From Octopus bimaculoides (Eukaryota): 64,000 nt of DNA. This document shows, in pieces, positions 61,516 to 64,000 of the stretch. Made by a program: the position numbers and the translations under genes. A model generated the notes under the pieces. The model did no database searches. It saw nothing but the letters and a program-made list of their open reading frames with translations, and was not told where the DNA came from. The stretch lies in contig NC_068982.1 in assembly GCF_001194135.2 (NCBI RefSeq), positions 146,484,453 through 146,548,452 on the forward strand, in the 5' to 3' direction. Positions within the stretch are counted from its first letter, which is position 1. Each line of letters begins with the position of its first letter.

Positions 61516-64000
61516 TACGCGTGTTTCATAACTAATTTTCAAATAGAAAAGAAATTTAAATCGATTAAAATCAATTAAAATTATCGAAAATAAATTCTAT
61601 TCAAAAATACAGCTAATCGTCAGGTTTTAAATGATTACGTTTGTTTCATAACTAATTTTCAAATAGAAAGGAAATTTAAATCGATTAAAATCAATTAAAA
61701 TTATCGAAAATAAATTCTGTTCCAAAATACAGCTAATCGTCAGGTCTTAAAATAACTATGCGTGTTTCATAACTAATTTAGGAATACAAAGGAAACTATT
61801 CTAACATACACCTAATCTTCAGGTCTTAAAATGACAACGCGTGTTTCATAACTAATTTAGGAATAGAAAGGAAACTGAAATCGATTAAAATTATCGAAAA
61901 TAAATTCTATTCAAACATACACCTAATCTTCAGGTCTTAAAATGACTACGCGCGTTTCATAAATAATTTTGGAATAGAAAGGAAACTGAGATCGGTTGAA
62001 ATCGATTAAAATTACCGAAAATAAATTCTATTCAAACATACAGCTAATCGTCAGGTCTAAAAATGACTAGGGTGTTTAATAACTAATTTGGAATTGAAAG
62101 GAAACTGAAATCGATTGAAATCGATTAAAATTATCGAAAATAAATTTTATACAGGCATACAGCTAATCGTCAGGTCTTAAAATGACTACGCTTGTTTCAT
62201 AACTAATTTTGGAATAGAAAGGAAACTGAAATCGATTGAAATCGAATAAAATTATGGAAAATCAATTCTATTCAAACATACAGCTAATTGTCAGGTCTTA
62301 AAATGACTACACGCTTTTCATAACTAATTTTGGAATAGAAAGGAAACTGAAATCGATTGAAATCGATTAAAATTATCGAAAATAAATTCCAATCCAACAC
62401 ACAGCTAATCGTCAGGTCTTAAAATGACTATGCGGGTTTCATAACTAATTTTGGAATAGACAGGAAACGTAAATCGGTTGAAATCGATTCAAATTATCGA
62501 AAATAAATTCTACTCAAACATACAGCTAATCATTAGGTCTTAAAATACCTACGCGCGATTCATAACTAATTTTGGAATAGAAAGGAAACTCAAATCGATT
62601 GAAATCGATTAAAATTATCGAAAATAAATTCTATTCCTACACACAGCAAATCATCAGGGCATAAAATGACTATGCGTTTTTCATAACTGATTTTCGAATA
62701 CAAATAAACTTAAATCGGTTGAAATTGATTAAAATCATCGAAAATGAATTCTATTCAAACATACAGCTAATCGTTAGGTCTTAAAATAACTACGCGCGTT
62801 TCATAACTAATTTTCGAATAGAAGGGAAACTGAAATCGATTAAAATTATAGAATATGAATTCTATTCAAACATACAGCTAATCGTCAGGTCTTAAAATGA
62901 CTACGGGCGTTTCATAACTAATTTTGGAATAGAAAGGAAACTGAAATCGATTAAAATTATCGAATATGAATTCTATTCAAACATACAGCTAATTGTCAGG
63001 TCTTAAAATGACTACGTGTGTTTCATAACTAATTTTCGAATAGAAAGGAAACTTAAATCGGTTGAAAGCGATTAAAATTATCGAAAATAAATTCTACTCA
63101 AACATACAGCTAATCATTAGGTCTTAAAATACCTACGCGCGTCTCATAACTAATTTTGGAATAGAAAGAAAACTGAAATCGATTGAAATCGATTAAAATC
63201 ATTGAAAATGAATTCTATTCAAACATACAGCTAATCGTTAGGCCTTAAAATGACTACGCGTGTTTCATAACAAATTTATGAGTAGAAAGGAAACTCAAAT
63301 CGATTGAAATCGATTAAAATTGTCGAAAATAAATTGTATTCAAACATACAGCTAATTGTCAGATCTTGAAATGACTACGCGCGTTTCATAACTAAATTTG
63401 GAGTAGAAAGGAAACTGGAATCGTTTGAAATCCATTAAAATTATCGAAAATAAATTCTCTTCAAACATACAGCTAATCGTTAGGTCTTAAAATGTCTACG
63501 GGTGTTTCATAACTAATTTTGGAATTGAAAGGAAACTTAAATCGGAAGAAATCGATTAAAATTATCGGAAATAAATACTATTCAAACATACATCGAATCG
63601 ATTAAAATTATCGAAGATAAATTCTATTCAAACTTACAGCCTATCGTCGTGTCTTAAAATGACTACACGCGTTTCATAGCTAATTTTGAAATAGAGAGGT
63701 AACACAAATCGATTGAAATCGATGAAGATTATCGAAAATAAATTCTATTCAAACATACAGCCAATTGTCAGATCTTGAAATAACTACGCGCGTTTCATAA
63801 CTAATTTTGGATTAGAAAGGAAACTGGAATCGGTGGAAATCGATTAAAATTATCGAAAATAAATTATATTCAAACATACAGCTAATCGTTAGGTCTTAAA
63901 AGGACTACGCGTGTTTCATAACTAATTTTGGGATAGAAAGGAAACTGATATCGATTAAAATTATAGAAAATGAATTCTATTCAAACACACAGCTAATCGT
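61516..64000. repeat. AT-rich satellite array, 121-bp monomer with 111-bp variants, about 21 copies, continuing past the window edge
   Basis: The anchor CAGCTAAT recurs at 121-bp spacing (62161, 62282, 62403, 62524, 62645) and 111-bp spacing (62765, 62876, 62987). The 10-bp difference is a GAAATCGATT subrepeat. Confidence 0.97.

Noticed and set aside
58810-64000. CRISPR-like array interpretation of the tandem SINEs or the satellite
   Set aside because: The units are contiguous with no unique spacers, there are no cas genes, and the context is eukaryotic.

Overview
Eukaryotic, AT-rich, repeat-dominated draft-assembly sequence with 13 N gaps (about 6 kb), almost all flanked by microsatellites. 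The SINE families and the LINE/Penelope mix match what I recall of Octopus (coleoid cephalopod) genomes; that assignment is inference, not a database result. No host protein-coding gene could be called with confidence, and most ORF-track entries are microsatellite or N artefacts. Supported content: (1) several Penelope-like element (PLE) remnants with GIY-YIG/RT sequence; (2) R4/Dong-type, CR1-group and RTE LINE fragments; (3) tRNA-derived SINEs, one nested in a LINE with a 17-bp TSD and one in a head-to-tail array; (4) a Helitron RepHel relic; (5) Tc1/mariner elements of three kinds (maT/DD37D-like, mellifera-like mariner, DD37E); (6) three long fold-back palindromes; (7) a 121/111-bp satellite array running off the right edge. 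The most interesting signal is a set of seven minimal type-I hammerhead ribozyme (HHR) motifs or relics at PLE ends. They differ in the catalytic core: canonical C3-G8, a compensatory G3-C8 swap, a U3-A8-like form and a U4C form. Two fold-back palindromes carry inverted pairs of them.
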